A stretch of 64,000 bases of DNA from Bacteroidales bacterium (GTDB taxonomy: Bacteria; Bacteroidota; Bacteroidia; Bacteroidales; UBA3663). Position numbers and translations under genes: made by a program. Positions within the stretch are counted from its first letter, which is position 1; every line of letters begins with the position of its first letter. Location of the stretch: positions 3,816-67,815 of the forward strand of contig SFEH01000005.1 in NCBI GenBank assembly GCA_004557315.1, written 5' to 3'. Shown piece after piece: positions 38,350 through 47,013 of the stretch. The notes under the pieces were generated by a model. The model was given only the letters and a program-made list of their open reading frames with translations. It did no database searches and had not been told where the DNA came from.

Positions 38350-40392
38350 ATGAATTTTAAGGGAATCGCAGTTTGTCTTTTTTTCTTTGTGCTTGGTTCT
38401 TGCCTGAAAGCTCAGGACTATGTCTATCCGGCCTTGCCTTCAGAGATGTGGGGCATCGAGATATTCAAGGAGCAGGAACAGCAGATGGTCATCGACGAGA
38501 GTTCCTTCATGCCACAGGGCGCTCCTTCGATCGGTGACACCTATGCCAGATATGAGCAGAATCTTGACTTGTTCAATCTGTACAACGACAGTATATATAT
38601 TGATTTGCCTACCGAGGATTGGGTTCAGATGTTCCGCCGCCGAGCCCGCACTCATGCTGCCATCTACAAGGAGAACAACAAGAACCTTACAGCAGTCAAC
38701 AAGTTCTTTGCAGCGGGCAACGTGCCCGACCAAGCTTATGATTTAGTCTATCACTGGTGTGCACACATGCTGTACAACAAGGTTTACGACATCTTCCTGT
38801 GCGAGGAGATGGTGAATCTCATCATGCCTCATTACAGCGAGATCCCCGACGACGAACATCTTGTCCTATGCTATCTTATGCAGGGAATATGCTTCTATCA
38901 GTGTTATCGAATGGGAGAGAGCGGTTCGGAAAAGAAGTCGCTCGACTATTTCAGGAAGGCACTCGAGTTTTCCAACGATTTCGCTCGTTTCGAAAACCCG
39001 CTCAACCGCTATTACCTGTTGTTGGCTTATTTCAACATTATTGTGCTCCACACCCAGCGAGGAACAATCTCGATGGAAGAGAGTCTGGAACTGGCAGAGA
39101 AGATGCGGTCGATTCTCGATAAGCCCGAGAGCCGCAAGATTCTGAATCAGGACAAGAAATTGGCAGAACTGGCCGACTGGGTCACAGCGATGTACAGTTT
39201 CCGTGCCATTACCGCCTATATCAGCCGAGGCGAAGAAAATCCGGCTTTGCGCGACCAGCTCTATGCCTTGTATTGCGATGCAAAGAAGGAGATCGGACTG
39301 AAACCAGCCGATCCGACTCGCTACTACACCAATCTTGAGTACGACGATTGCGTCATCGAGGCATATATGGGACATATCACCTGGGATGAAGCATACGACA
39401 AATTCATGCGTCTTTCCGAACATGACCCCTTCATTGAGACAAAGAAAGGAGAGCTCATAGTCAAGGTTCACTATGTGTACAACATCTATTCTTGTTTCAC
39501 CGAGCTTCTCGACAAGACAAGCCTGACATTTGAGCAGAAGAGCCAGATACTGAAGGAGCATATCGAATTGGCATACGACATGCTGCCAATGCTCGACTAT
39601 AAGGTCTATCCTTATGAGATAGGTCAGATCCTGTCCAACATCATCTGCGACGAGAAGGCACATCGCTATATCGACGAATCGGAGCTTGTCGATTTCATGT
39701 TCCGTCCGTTCGTCATGGAGCAGCCTACCACCTTCGTCCATGTCTCGATGGTGGCCGACTTGTCGCGCATCCTTGCCACGGCACTTGTCGAATACCGCCC
39801 AGGCTTCTTCATCGGAGTGCCTGGATATGAGACTACCAAGGACGTGAAGGCAAAGAAAGACGAGCTCATCGAGTTCATCTATCAGGCTGCACTCTATCAC
39901 GATTTCGGCAAGATCAACATGCCTACCATCATTGGCAACAGCTATCGCCGCATCAACGACCATGAGTATGGAATCATCAAGATCCATCCTGTCCTTTCTG
40001 CTCGCATCCTCGACTCCAATCCAGTGTTGAAGCCATATAGCGATGTGGCGCAAGGACATCATAAGTGGTACAATGGCAAGGGCTATCCATATTCGTTCAA
40101 CAACCGTCAGTCGCCTTATTTCTCCATCATCTGTCTTGTCACTATGTGCGACTGTATGGATGCAGCCACCGAGAATATCAGCCGAAACTACCATTCGACC
40201 AAGACTTTCGAGCGACTGATGCGCGAATACGACGATGCCGCTGCTGCCCAGTACCATCAGGCACTCCTGAAGTTCCTGAACACTCATCCCGAGACCTATC
40301 GCCAGATGAAAGCCTGCATCACCGAGGGCCGCTATTCACAGTACATCGAACTGTATAAGAAATATATCGAGAAGCATTTCCTCACGGATTGA
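38350..40392 (+). CDS. HD-GYP-type HD domain protein with N-terminal signal/lipobox and ~470-aa helical (TPR-like) region
   Basis: MNFKGIAVCLFFFVLGSCLKAQ. C-terminal HVSMVADLS...AALYHDFGKINMP...HPVLSARIL...GHHKWYNGKGYPYSF...MCDCMDAAT matches the HD...HHExxDGxGYP layout with substitutions. Confidence 0.8.
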   Translation: MNFKGIAVCLFFFVLGSCLKAQDYVYPALPSEMWGIEIFKEQEQQMVIDESSFMPQGAPSIGDTYARYEQNLDLFNLYNDSIYIDLPTEDWVQMFRRRARTHAAIYKENNKNLTAVNKFFAAGNVPDQAYDLVYHWCAHMLYNKVYDIFLCEEMVNLIMPHYSEIPDDEHLVLCYLMQGICFYQCYRMGESGSEKKSLDYFRKALEFSNDFARFENPLNRYYLLLAYFNIIVLHTQRGTISMEESLELAEKMRSILDKPESRKILNQDKKLAELADWVTAMYSFRAITAYISRGEENPALRDQLYALYCDAKKEIGLKPADPTRYYTNLEYDDCVIEAYMGHITWDEAYDKFMRLSEHDPFIETKKGELIVKVHYVYNIYSCFTELLDKTSLTFEQKSQILKEHIELAYDMLPMLDYKVYPYEIGQILSNIICDEKAHRYIDESELVDFMFRPFVMEQPTTFVHVSMVADLSRILATALVEYRPGFFIGVPGYETTKDVKAKKDELIEFIYQAALYHDFGKINMPTIIGNSYRRINDHEYGIIKIHPVLSARILDSNPVLKPYSDVAQGHHKWYNGKGYPYSFNNRQSPYFSIICLVTMCDCMDAATENISRNYHSTKTFERLMREYDDAAAAQYHQALLKFLNTHPETYRQMKACITEGRYSQYIELYKKYIEKHFLTD

Positions 40393-40517
40393 GAAGGCAA
40401 AAAATATGCAAAAATATGTATATGATTGGATTTCATGATGGATTGCTATTGTTGTCACCCATTCACAGCATCAATGATATTAATACCGCATCTTCTCGAC
40501 ATGCAAAACGTTTTTTT

Positions 40518-40549
40518 AAAATCGCATCGAGTTAACAGTTAACGTTAAC
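40518..40549. repeat. GTTAAC-rich repeat copy A (aaaatcgcatcgagttaacagttaacgttaac)
   Basis: 32 nt identical to copy C (40976-41007). Its last 28 nt are the inverted complement of copy B, with 1 mismatch. Confidence 0.95.
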
Positions 40550-40612
40550 ACCCTTTTTCATGGTGATGGACAGGCATGAGAAGCGGGTGATGTGCGGTTG
40601 TCGGGGAGTTAA

Positions 40613-40637
40613 TTTTTTTCCCTCGCGAGGAAAAAAA
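40613..40637. repeat. Near-perfect 25-bp palindrome T7-CCCTCGCGAGG-A7
   Basis: tttttttccctcgcgaggaaaaaaa, read directly. Lies inside the A-B segment; a second tcgcgag follows at 40643. Confidence 0.9.
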
Positions 40638-40687
40638 TCTTGTCGCGAGAAGTACCTTGAGAGGTGTTGGTTGAAGAGAGCTGGAGC

Positions 40688-40715
40688 GTTAACGTTAACT
40701 GTTAACTCAATGCGA
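40688..40715. repeat. GTTAAC-rich repeat copy B (inverted orientation)
   Basis: The reverse complement of gttaacgttaactgttaactcaatgcga is tcgcattgagttaacagttaacgttaac, against tcgcatcgag... in copy A. Confidence 0.95.
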
Positions 40716-40975
40716 ATGTGAATTACATCAAGACTCATCTTCGACAGCAAAGCACCATCGCCAGCAAAGCACCTTCAAACATCCACACCCCAACATCTTC
40801 ACTCCTTCATCTCTCAAGGTATTTCTTTTCTGTAATGCTACTAAAAATATTTCTGCTAAAATTGTTTCTGCTATATAAATATATAATAATATAATTTTAA
40901 ACTATTAATATGCGCGCGAGCGCGATATATAATGTATAAAATAACGTTAACCCTCTCGCAATCATTGAAATAAAC

Positions 40976-41007
40976 AAAATCGCATCGAGTTAACAGTTAA
41001 CGTTAAC
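40976..41007. repeat. GTTAAC-rich repeat copy C (direct with A)
   Basis: Exact 32-nt match to 40518-40549. Confidence 0.95.
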
Positions 41008-41196
41008 GCCTTTCGGGTCAGCTTGAATTATTTGATGAGAGCAGTAGTGTTCTCGCGTTTTCAGTTTATAGTTAGCGCAGCCCAAAAGAACTTTAATATC
41101 TATACCAGTTACGAACGTTTGGAACAATTGACTGTTCTCAACCTTCAGTTCTGGTTGTCAAAATTAATTTGCTGACTTTTGATTTCTATAAAGCAT

Positions 41197-41250
41197 AAAA
41201 CAATGCACCGGCTGTCTTTGCATCTGCAAGGCAGTTGGTGCATTGTTTTT
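41197..41250 (+). terminator. Strong hairpin plus U-tract in a gene-free region (orphan or bidirectional terminator)
   Basis: acaatgcaccggctg / cagttggtgcattgt form a 15-bp stem. Its two G-U pairs form only in the plus-strand RNA. Flanked by A4 upstream and T5 downstream. Confidence 0.65.
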
Positions 41251-41345
41251 CAGCAATGAAGATTTTGGTATTAAAAAAGAAATAATGTGACTTATTTCAA
41301 TTCCTCTTCTATCTGCATATATATGCAAAATATCAATACGTCATC

Positions 41346-41378
41346 AACTCGAAGGGAACTCGAAGGAAACTCGAACAA
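41346..41378. repeat. Tandem repeat, 11-bp unit x3 (aactcgaaggg, aactcgaagga, aactcgaacaa)
   Basis: Read directly. A 14-bp palindrome tgcatatatatgca lies about 30 bp upstream. Confidence 0.85.
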
Positions 41379-41481
41379 ACTTGATGTGTTTGAAGCGTGA
41401 GACTTTTGCATATATTACGTAAATCTACCAAAATAGTGATGCTCAAAATATCCAATACAAGATAGTTGCGATATGGATCCT

Positions 41482-43326
41482 TCAGCGCTTGGCAGGCTTT
41501 GCGTCAAACTCGGCCTTCTTCTGCTCGTAGTAGCGTTGCATGACGTAGAAGGCGAGTTTCCTCTGGCCGGTGTTGGATACAAGCCCCTTGCGATTGAACC
41601 AGTCCTGGACATCAGACAATGGTCGGCGAGGAGAGAGGAAGTCCTTGAGGATCCATGGCGAGAGGCCAGAGAGGCCGTCGATCTTGTCCATCATCTTTAG
41701 GCCTTCGATATAGAGATCCTCTTGGAACTCTTCGCTGAAGCGGACGTTCTTGTTGGCATGCCAGCCAGCGACTGCACCACCGCCGAATTCGCTCACGATG
41801 ACAGGCTTGTCGTATGGCACCTCCCATGTCATCTTGGCTGCATCCTGGGTGTCGCGATACCAGCCGACATACTGGTTGAATGCCACCACATCGACATATT
41901 CGTTCATGTTGTCCTGCAGGCGGTTGTGATAGTTGGTGGCAGAAGTCACCTCCATCGCCATGCTGATGAGACGAGTGTCGTCGAGCGAACGGGCGAACTT
42001 GGCAAGCGAAGAGAGGAAGCGGTCGCGAGGCTCACTATGAGGAGTCTCGTTGGCTATGCTCCAGATGATGACGTTGGCACGGTTTTTGTCGCGGCGTATC
42101 ATGTCGCCAAGCTGACGTTCGGCATTCTTATATGTGTCGGGATTCTCCCAGGCGATGGTCCAGTAGCAAGGAATCTCGCTCCACACCATGATGCCCATAC
42201 GCTCGGCTTCGCGCACAGCATGTTCGTTGTGAGGGTAGTGAGCCAGACGCACGTAGTTGCAGCCCAGCTCCTTTGCCCAGTTGAGCAATGTGCGAGCATC
42301 CTCGGCTGAATGAGCACGACCTTGGCTGAAGGCTTTTTCTTCGTGGATGCTGACACCGCGTAGGAAGATGTGCTTGCCGTTGAGGAGAATCTTCTTTCCT
42401 TGGGTCTCAATGCAGCGGAAGCCTATCTCGTCGGTGAGCACCTCATTGCCCTTGGCAATCTCAACATCGTAGAGCTTCGGGTTTTCAGGACACCATAGCA
42501 CAGGCTTTGCCTTGAATGAGATGCTGGCGCGTCCGTCGGCATCGGTCACAACCTTCTGGGCAATCTTGAGTTCAGGGATGCGAACTTCGATCTCAACGCC
42601 TTCCTGTGGCTTGTTGAGACTGATCCAGCCATAGATATGCTGCCAGTTCTTCTTGTCGAGCTGGATGCTGTAGTCCTGGATGAAAGTCGTCTCGACAGGC
42701 ACGAGGAGCACATCGCGAGTGATGCCGCCGTAGTTCCACCAGTCGAAGATATTGGTAGGAATGGCTTCTGGATGGCGCTTGTTATCGACCTTCACAATCA
42801 CATTGTTCTGTCCTTCTTTCAGAGCATCGGTGATGTCGAAGTTGAAAGGCGTGAAGCCACCGAAGTGAGTGCCCTGCTTCTTGCCGTTGACATAGACCAC
42901 AGCTTCGTAGTTGACAGCGCCGAAATAGAGCAGCATGCGCTTGTCGGCTTGTGGCTTATAGTCGAAGGTGCGACGGAACCATACAGTGCCCTCGTAGAAG
43001 AAGAGACGTTCGTCCTGAATGTTCCAGTCGCCAGGGATGTCCATCTGGTCGGTGGTGTCGAAATTGTATTCTACCAGTTCGAGCGGAGATTTCTGATGAG
43101 CATCGAGGAAGAAGCCCCAAGGAGATTCTTTCATTCGGTAGTCGTAGAAGCCGATTTCCTGCTGGTCGATGATGTAACGCCATTTTCCGTTGAGCGAAGT
43201 CACGTCCTGACGGCCATAGATGTTGCCGACGAGAGGAATCTCGGTCGATGCTTGAGGTTGCTGTGCATGAAGCCCCGCAAGGGAAACGACAGCAAGCAGA
43301 GCGGAGAGAATGTAGCGAATTTTCAT
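41482..43326 (-). CDS. GH2 family glycoside hydrolase
   Basis: Signal peptide MKIRYILSALLAVVSLAGLHAQ. GH2 sugar-binding, Ig-like and TIM layout. NYVRLAHYPHNEH, NRANVIIWSIANE, WSEIPCYW. Confidence 0.87.
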   Translation of the reverse strand: MKIRYILSALLAVVSLAGLHAQQPQASTEIPLVGNIYGRQDVTSLNGKWRYIIDQQEIGFYDYRMKESPWGFFLDAHQKSPLELVEYNFDTTDQMDIPGDWNIQDERLFFYEGTVWFRRTFDYKPQADKRMLLYFGAVNYEAVVYVNGKKQGTHFGGFTPFNFDITDALKEGQNNVIVKVDNKRHPEAIPTNIFDWWNYGGITRDVLLVPVETTFIQDYSIQLDKKNWQHIYGWISLNKPQEGVEIEVRIPELKIAQKVVTDADGRASISFKAKPVLWCPENPKLYDVEIAKGNEVLTDEIGFRCIETQGKKILLNGKHIFLRGVSIHEEKAFSQGRAHSAEDARTLLNWAKELGCNYVRLAHYPHNEHAVREAERMGIMVWSEIPCYWTIAWENPDTYKNAERQLGDMIRRDKNRANVIIWSIANETPHSEPRDRFLSSLAKFARSLDDTRLISMAMEVTSATNYHNRLQDNMNEYVDVVAFNQYVGWYRDTQDAAKMTWEVPYDKPVIVSEFGGGAVAGWHANKNVRFSEEFQEDLYIEGLKMMDKIDGLSGLSPWILKDFLSPRRPLSDVQDWFNRKGLVSNTGQRKLAFYVMQRYYEQKKAEFDAKPAKR

Positions 43327-43359
43327 AGCGATAAAAATTATGTTTGTGTGTATTTTCTG

Positions 43360-43367
43360 CAAAAATA
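43360..43367 (-). promoter_or_regulatory. -7 box TATTTTTG (minus strand) upstream of GH2
   Basis: Reverse complement of caaaaata. Lies 34 nt upstream of the ATG at 43326. Confidence 0.45.
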
Positions 43368-43420
43368 ATCATTTCCTGAATAATATCTGCAATTTATTTG
43401 CAAATATTTTTATTTTACCT

Positions 43421-43428
43421 TATTTTTG
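43421..43428 (+). promoter_or_regulatory. -7 box TATTTTTG for the small ORF at 43453
   Basis: TAnnTTTG match 25 nt upstream of the ATG. Confidence 0.5.
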
Positions 43429-43452
43429 CCGCAAAATATAGAATATTACAAT

Positions 43453-43584
43453 ATGGCAGACAACTTTTTGGAAAGACAATATGCAGCTTATGAGGAACGA
43501 AAGGCTGCAATGAAGTCGGGGAAAAAGGCAAGCGCGTCGAAGACGAAGTTCTATACCCGACCAGGAAAGAAAGTGGAGAAGTAA
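43453..43584 (+). CDS. Small basic protein, 43 aa (MADNFLERQYAAYEERKAAMKSGKKASASKTKFYTRPGKKVEK)
   Basis: Own translation; too short for the ORF track. It has its own -7 box and terminator. The N-terminal MADN(F/Y)LE resembles small conserved Bacteroidales ORFs, recalled from memory and unverified. Confidence 0.5.
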   Translation: MADNFLERQYAAYEERKAAMKSGKKASASKTKFYTRPGKKVEK

Positions 43585-43594
43585 CAAGACAGAA

Positions 43595-43626
43595 AGAGCC
43601 GGCAAGTAAATGCCAGCTCTTTTTTA
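43595..43626 (+). terminator. Terminator after the small ORF
   Basis: Stem agagccggca / tgccagctct (one mismatch) followed by T5. Confidence 0.6.
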
Positions 43627-43683
43627 TTACATATATGACTTTCTTTTTACATAAAAGACTTTAGGAAAAAGCCATGACATGAC

Positions 43684-45909
43684 TTACTCTGCAACGAGAT
43701 GGAGCACACGTGAGCTCCAGTCATTCTGCTTGTGATATTCTACAGTATGGCTCTTTGGGATCTCGAGTCCGACGTTCATGAGATAGGCACCGCTGAAGCT
43801 CTTGCCCTCGAAGTCGAGAGGACGGGTGTCGATGCGATTGAGCTCATGGATGGTGTATGTCTTGTTAGGGTCAAGTCCTGCCATCTTAACGCGAGGGAAG
43901 TGCTGGTTCATGAATGTCTCGAGCTTCCACCAGTAGAACACTGCCTGATTCTTGTCTTCGCCCACATACATCACCGATGCGAGGTCCTGACCAGCATAAG
44001 GAGAGAGGAGACGGTAGAGGTCGCCAAACTGCACGATAGGACGGATCTTCTTGTAGTCGGCAATAGCCTTGCGGCACAGATCCTTCTCTTCGTCGGTCAT
44101 GTGCTTTGGCTGGATCTCCATTCCGAGGCGTCCGCTCATGGCAACGTCGATGCGGAACTTGAGAGGTGTGGTGCGGAAAGTCTGATGGTTTGGTGCAGCC
44201 GAGATGTGACTTGCCATGGCAATGGCAGGGTAGAAGTAAGATGTTCCCCACTGCATGCGCACACGCTGCAAAGCATCGGTATTGTCGCTCACCCAGAACT
44301 CATCGAAGTAAGGGAGCAAGCCGTAGTTGACACGTCCGCCACCAGAAGCACAGTCCTGAATGACCACATCAGGATACTTCTCACGTATGCGCTGGCAGGT
44401 CTTGATCAAGCCTTCGTGGTATTTGATGTAGAGGTGTGACTGATCTTCCATTGGAAGATACTGCGAACCATGGTTCATCACTGGAGCATTGGCATCCCAC
44501 TTGATATATGCAATCTCTGGATAGTTGGTGAGGAGGGTGTCAACGAGGTTGAACACGAAGTCCTGAACCTTTGGATTTGCCATATCGAGAACCACCTGTG
44601 TGCCGCCACGTCCCAAGACTGGCTCGCGACCTGGAGCCTTGATAATCCAGTCAGGATGAGCCTCATAGAGTTCAGATACGGTATTTGACATCTCTGGCTC
44701 GATCCAGATGCCGAACTTCACGCCATTCTTCTTGGCATCGCGCAACAGACCGTTGATGCCATCAGGGAGTTTGCGGGTATCCACTACCCAGTCACCGAGC
44801 GATGAGTTATCGACATTGCGAGGATATTTGTCGCCAAACCATCCGTCGTCCATCACGAAGAGTTCGCCACCCATTGATGCGATGTCCTTCATCATCTGAT
44901 CCATCTCTGGAGCCTTGATGTCGAGATATACGCCTTCCCAAGAGTTGAGCAGGATCATGCGTTCCTGATTGCCGTGGCGAAGCTGATAGCGACGAGCCCA
45001 GCGGTGGAAAGCCTGACTCACGCCATTGGTACCCTTGGTTGAATAGGTGATGGCAGAATGTGGAGTGGTGAAGGTCTCGCCCTTCTTGAGGTGGTATTCC
45101 GAATTGTCGGGATTGATGCCTGCGAAGTAATAGTGATAGTCGGTATCGTCGGTGTCGATTGTGACGCGATAAGGACCGCTGTAGAGCAAAGACGCACCGA
45201 TCACAGCACCTTCGTTCTCCTGTGCCTTGCCGTCGAGCGAGAGCATGACCTCATTGCGGCTGATGAACGCATTGCGGATGCCGTCTTTCTCCTTGAGCAC
45301 GATGGTTCCGTTGGTCAATGGCTCATCGTAGAGCTGTGCCTCGGCAGCCCATGTGCCATGGAAGTGAGAGCACCATACATTGCCTCGGCGCACAGGCAGG
45401 AGAGGGTTGTAGAACTGTGTGAGAGTGACAGTCTTCTTCTCGCCATTGGTGATGTCGCTCCAGTATTCAATCATATCCACATCGTCGTAGCTCTGATAGT
45501 AGAGACGCACGGTGGTAGGATAGAGAGGGTCGGTGAGAGTGATGGTGAGCAATTCTCCGGAACGGTCAGCACCGTTTGGAGCCTTGTCCTTGATCGAAGA
45601 AACCTTATAGTCTGAAATCAGCATCTGTGTTGACATGTTGCCATCTGCATGACGCATGGCAAGACATGTCTCGGTAGTAGTATGTGTTGCACCGTAGGCA
45701 GGATAGAGTTCGGCACGTCCGCCAGAGAGCGATGGCAGCTGTGCAATGTCCTGTGACTTGAGGGCGGGACCATAATAGACAAATAGAGGCTCTGCACCCT
45801 TGTTCAGCTCGAGCACGAGGCTGTTGTTAGGTGTGCGGAGCTCAATCTTTTCAGCCATGGCAGTGCTTGCTGCAAATAATGCCGAAAGGAATATGAGACT
45901 CTTTTTCAT
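43684..45909 (-). CDS. GH36 alpha-galactosidase
   Basis: Signal peptide. FVMDDGWFGDKYPRNVDNSSLGDW, KFGIWIEPEM, YIKWDAN, CASGGGR. 741 aa. Confidence 0.92.
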   Translation of the reverse strand: MKKSLIFLSALFAASTAMAEKIELRTPNNSLVLELNKGAEPLFVYYGPALKSQDIAQLPSLSGGRAELYPAYGATHTTTETCLAMRHADGNMSTQMLISDYKVSSIKDKAPNGADRSGELLTITLTDPLYPTTVRLYYQSYDDVDMIEYWSDITNGEKKTVTLTQFYNPLLPVRRGNVWCSHFHGTWAAEAQLYDEPLTNGTIVLKEKDGIRNAFISRNEVMLSLDGKAQENEGAVIGASLLYSGPYRVTIDTDDTDYHYYFAGINPDNSEYHLKKGETFTTPHSAITYSTKGTNGVSQAFHRWARRYQLRHGNQERMILLNSWEGVYLDIKAPEMDQMMKDIASMGGELFVMDDGWFGDKYPRNVDNSSLGDWVVDTRKLPDGINGLLRDAKKNGVKFGIWIEPEMSNTVSELYEAHPDWIIKAPGREPVLGRGGTQVVLDMANPKVQDFVFNLVDTLLTNYPEIAYIKWDANAPVMNHGSQYLPMEDQSHLYIKYHEGLIKTCQRIREKYPDVVIQDCASGGGRVNYGLLPYFDEFWVSDNTDALQRVRMQWGTSYFYPAIAMASHISAAPNHQTFRTTPLKFRIDVAMSGRLGMEIQPKHMTDEEKDLCRKAIADYKKIRPIVQFGDLYRLLSPYAGQDLASVMYVGEDKNQAVFYWWKLETFMNQHFPRVKMAGLDPNKTYTIHELNRIDTRPLDFEGKSFSGAYLMNVGLEIPKSHTVEYHKQNDWSSRVLHLVAE

Positions 45910-46019
45910 AATTAATGATGTTTGTAGATTGAATAAAGTGTGCTATAATATAACATTATAGTGTAAAACCGCTCTGGCAGAACAACTTGTCCTGTCAGAG
46001 CAGGTAAGTATTGATATTA

Positions 46020-46994
46020 TTAGTGGATTGTAGCTGTCAAGAATGTGGCATTGCCAAAGATGTTAAGCACGTTTTCTGACGCAGGTACAAGCAGAGTCTC
46101 GCCTTGATGCACCTTCACGCCATTGATGTTTGCATCACCATGCAGGCACACTACTATGACAAACGAGTCGGTGTGGAGATCTACTTGCTGAGCATGCTGA
46201 ACCACTACGCGGCTTACAGAGAAATAAGGACATTCGACGAGAGGTGCTACTGGCAGAGTGCTGTCGTATGACGAGCGATATTCTGGATAGACCTTATAGT
46301 CGATGGCATCCTTTGCCAATTCGGTGTGAAGCTCGCGGGTGTTGCCATTGGCATCTCGGCGGCCAAAGTCATAGACGCGGTAGGTGATGTCGCTGGTCTG
46401 CTGAATCTCAGCAAGGAAGTTGCCTGCACCGATGGCATGCATGCGTCCTGCAGGGAGGAAGAAGAGGTCGCCTTGATGAGATTCGTGAGTAGCGATGATG
46501 TCAGCCATAGGGTTCACGCCCTCCACCTCATTGGTCAGCAGGTTCTCATATTCGTCGGGAGTGATAGACTTCTTCATGCCTGCATAGATCTTTGCACCAG
46601 GGTCGCTCTTGATGATATACCACATCTCAGTCTTGCCGGCACAGCGATGGCGCTTGCCTGCCAGTTCATCATCAGGGTGAACCTGAATGCTGAGATCTTG
46701 ACGTGAGTCGATGAACTTGACCAACAGAGGAAAGTTGTTGCCAAAACGCTCAAAGACCTTGTCGCCCACGAGAAGACCTTTGTATTTGTCGATGAGGGCA
46801 GGAAGAGTCATGTCGAGATCAACATCATTGACCAGTCCACGGTCGGCAGTGATGCTTTCGTGACCTGGAACGCCACTGATTTCCCACGATTCACCGATAT
46901 TGGTTTCGTCGGTATGGATACACTTGAATGGAGCAATCTGCTCGCCTCCCCAGATAGTGCTCTTGAGGAAAGGTACAAACTTATACGGTTTCAT
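46020..46994 (-). CDS. manA: Class I mannose-6-phosphate isomerase
   Basis: STIWGGEQI, ESWEISGVPGHES, FPLLVKFIDSRQDLSIQVHPDD, KTEMWYII, GDLFFLPAGRMHAIG. Confidence 0.9.
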   Translation of the reverse strand: MKPYKFVPFLKSTIWGGEQIAPFKCIHTDETNIGESWEISGVPGHESITADRGLVNDVDLDMTLPALIDKYKGLLVGDKVFERFGNNFPLLVKFIDSRQDLSIQVHPDDELAGKRHRCAGKTEMWYIIKSDPGAKIYAGMKKSITPDEYENLLTNEVEGVNPMADIIATHESHQGDLFFLPAGRMHAIGAGNFLAEIQQTSDITYRVYDFGRRDANGNTRELHTELAKDAIDYKVYPEYRSSYDSTLPVAPLVECPYFSVSRVVVQHAQQVDLHTDSFVIVVCLHGDANINGVKVHQGETLLVPASENVLNIFGNATFLTATIH

Positions 46995-47013
46995 GTTTTT
47001 GGTAGATTTTGGA

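Noticed and set aside
38866-40287. 473-aa minus-strand ORF
   Set aside because: Antisense shadow of the HD-GYP gene. The plus-strand product has clear domain signatures, and this one has none.
40532-40750. 72-aa minus-strand ORF spanning the GTTAAC repeats
   Set aside because: It starts at TTG and reads straight through inverted repeats and the T7/A7 palindrome (giving ...VNVN... and ...FFPREGKK...). There is no promoter box, so it is most likely non-coding.
42637-45615. Several 180-245-aa plus-strand ORFs (42637-43368, 43732-44439, 45058-45615)
   Set aside because: All are antisense to the well-supported GH2 and GH36 genes and have shadow-ORF composition.
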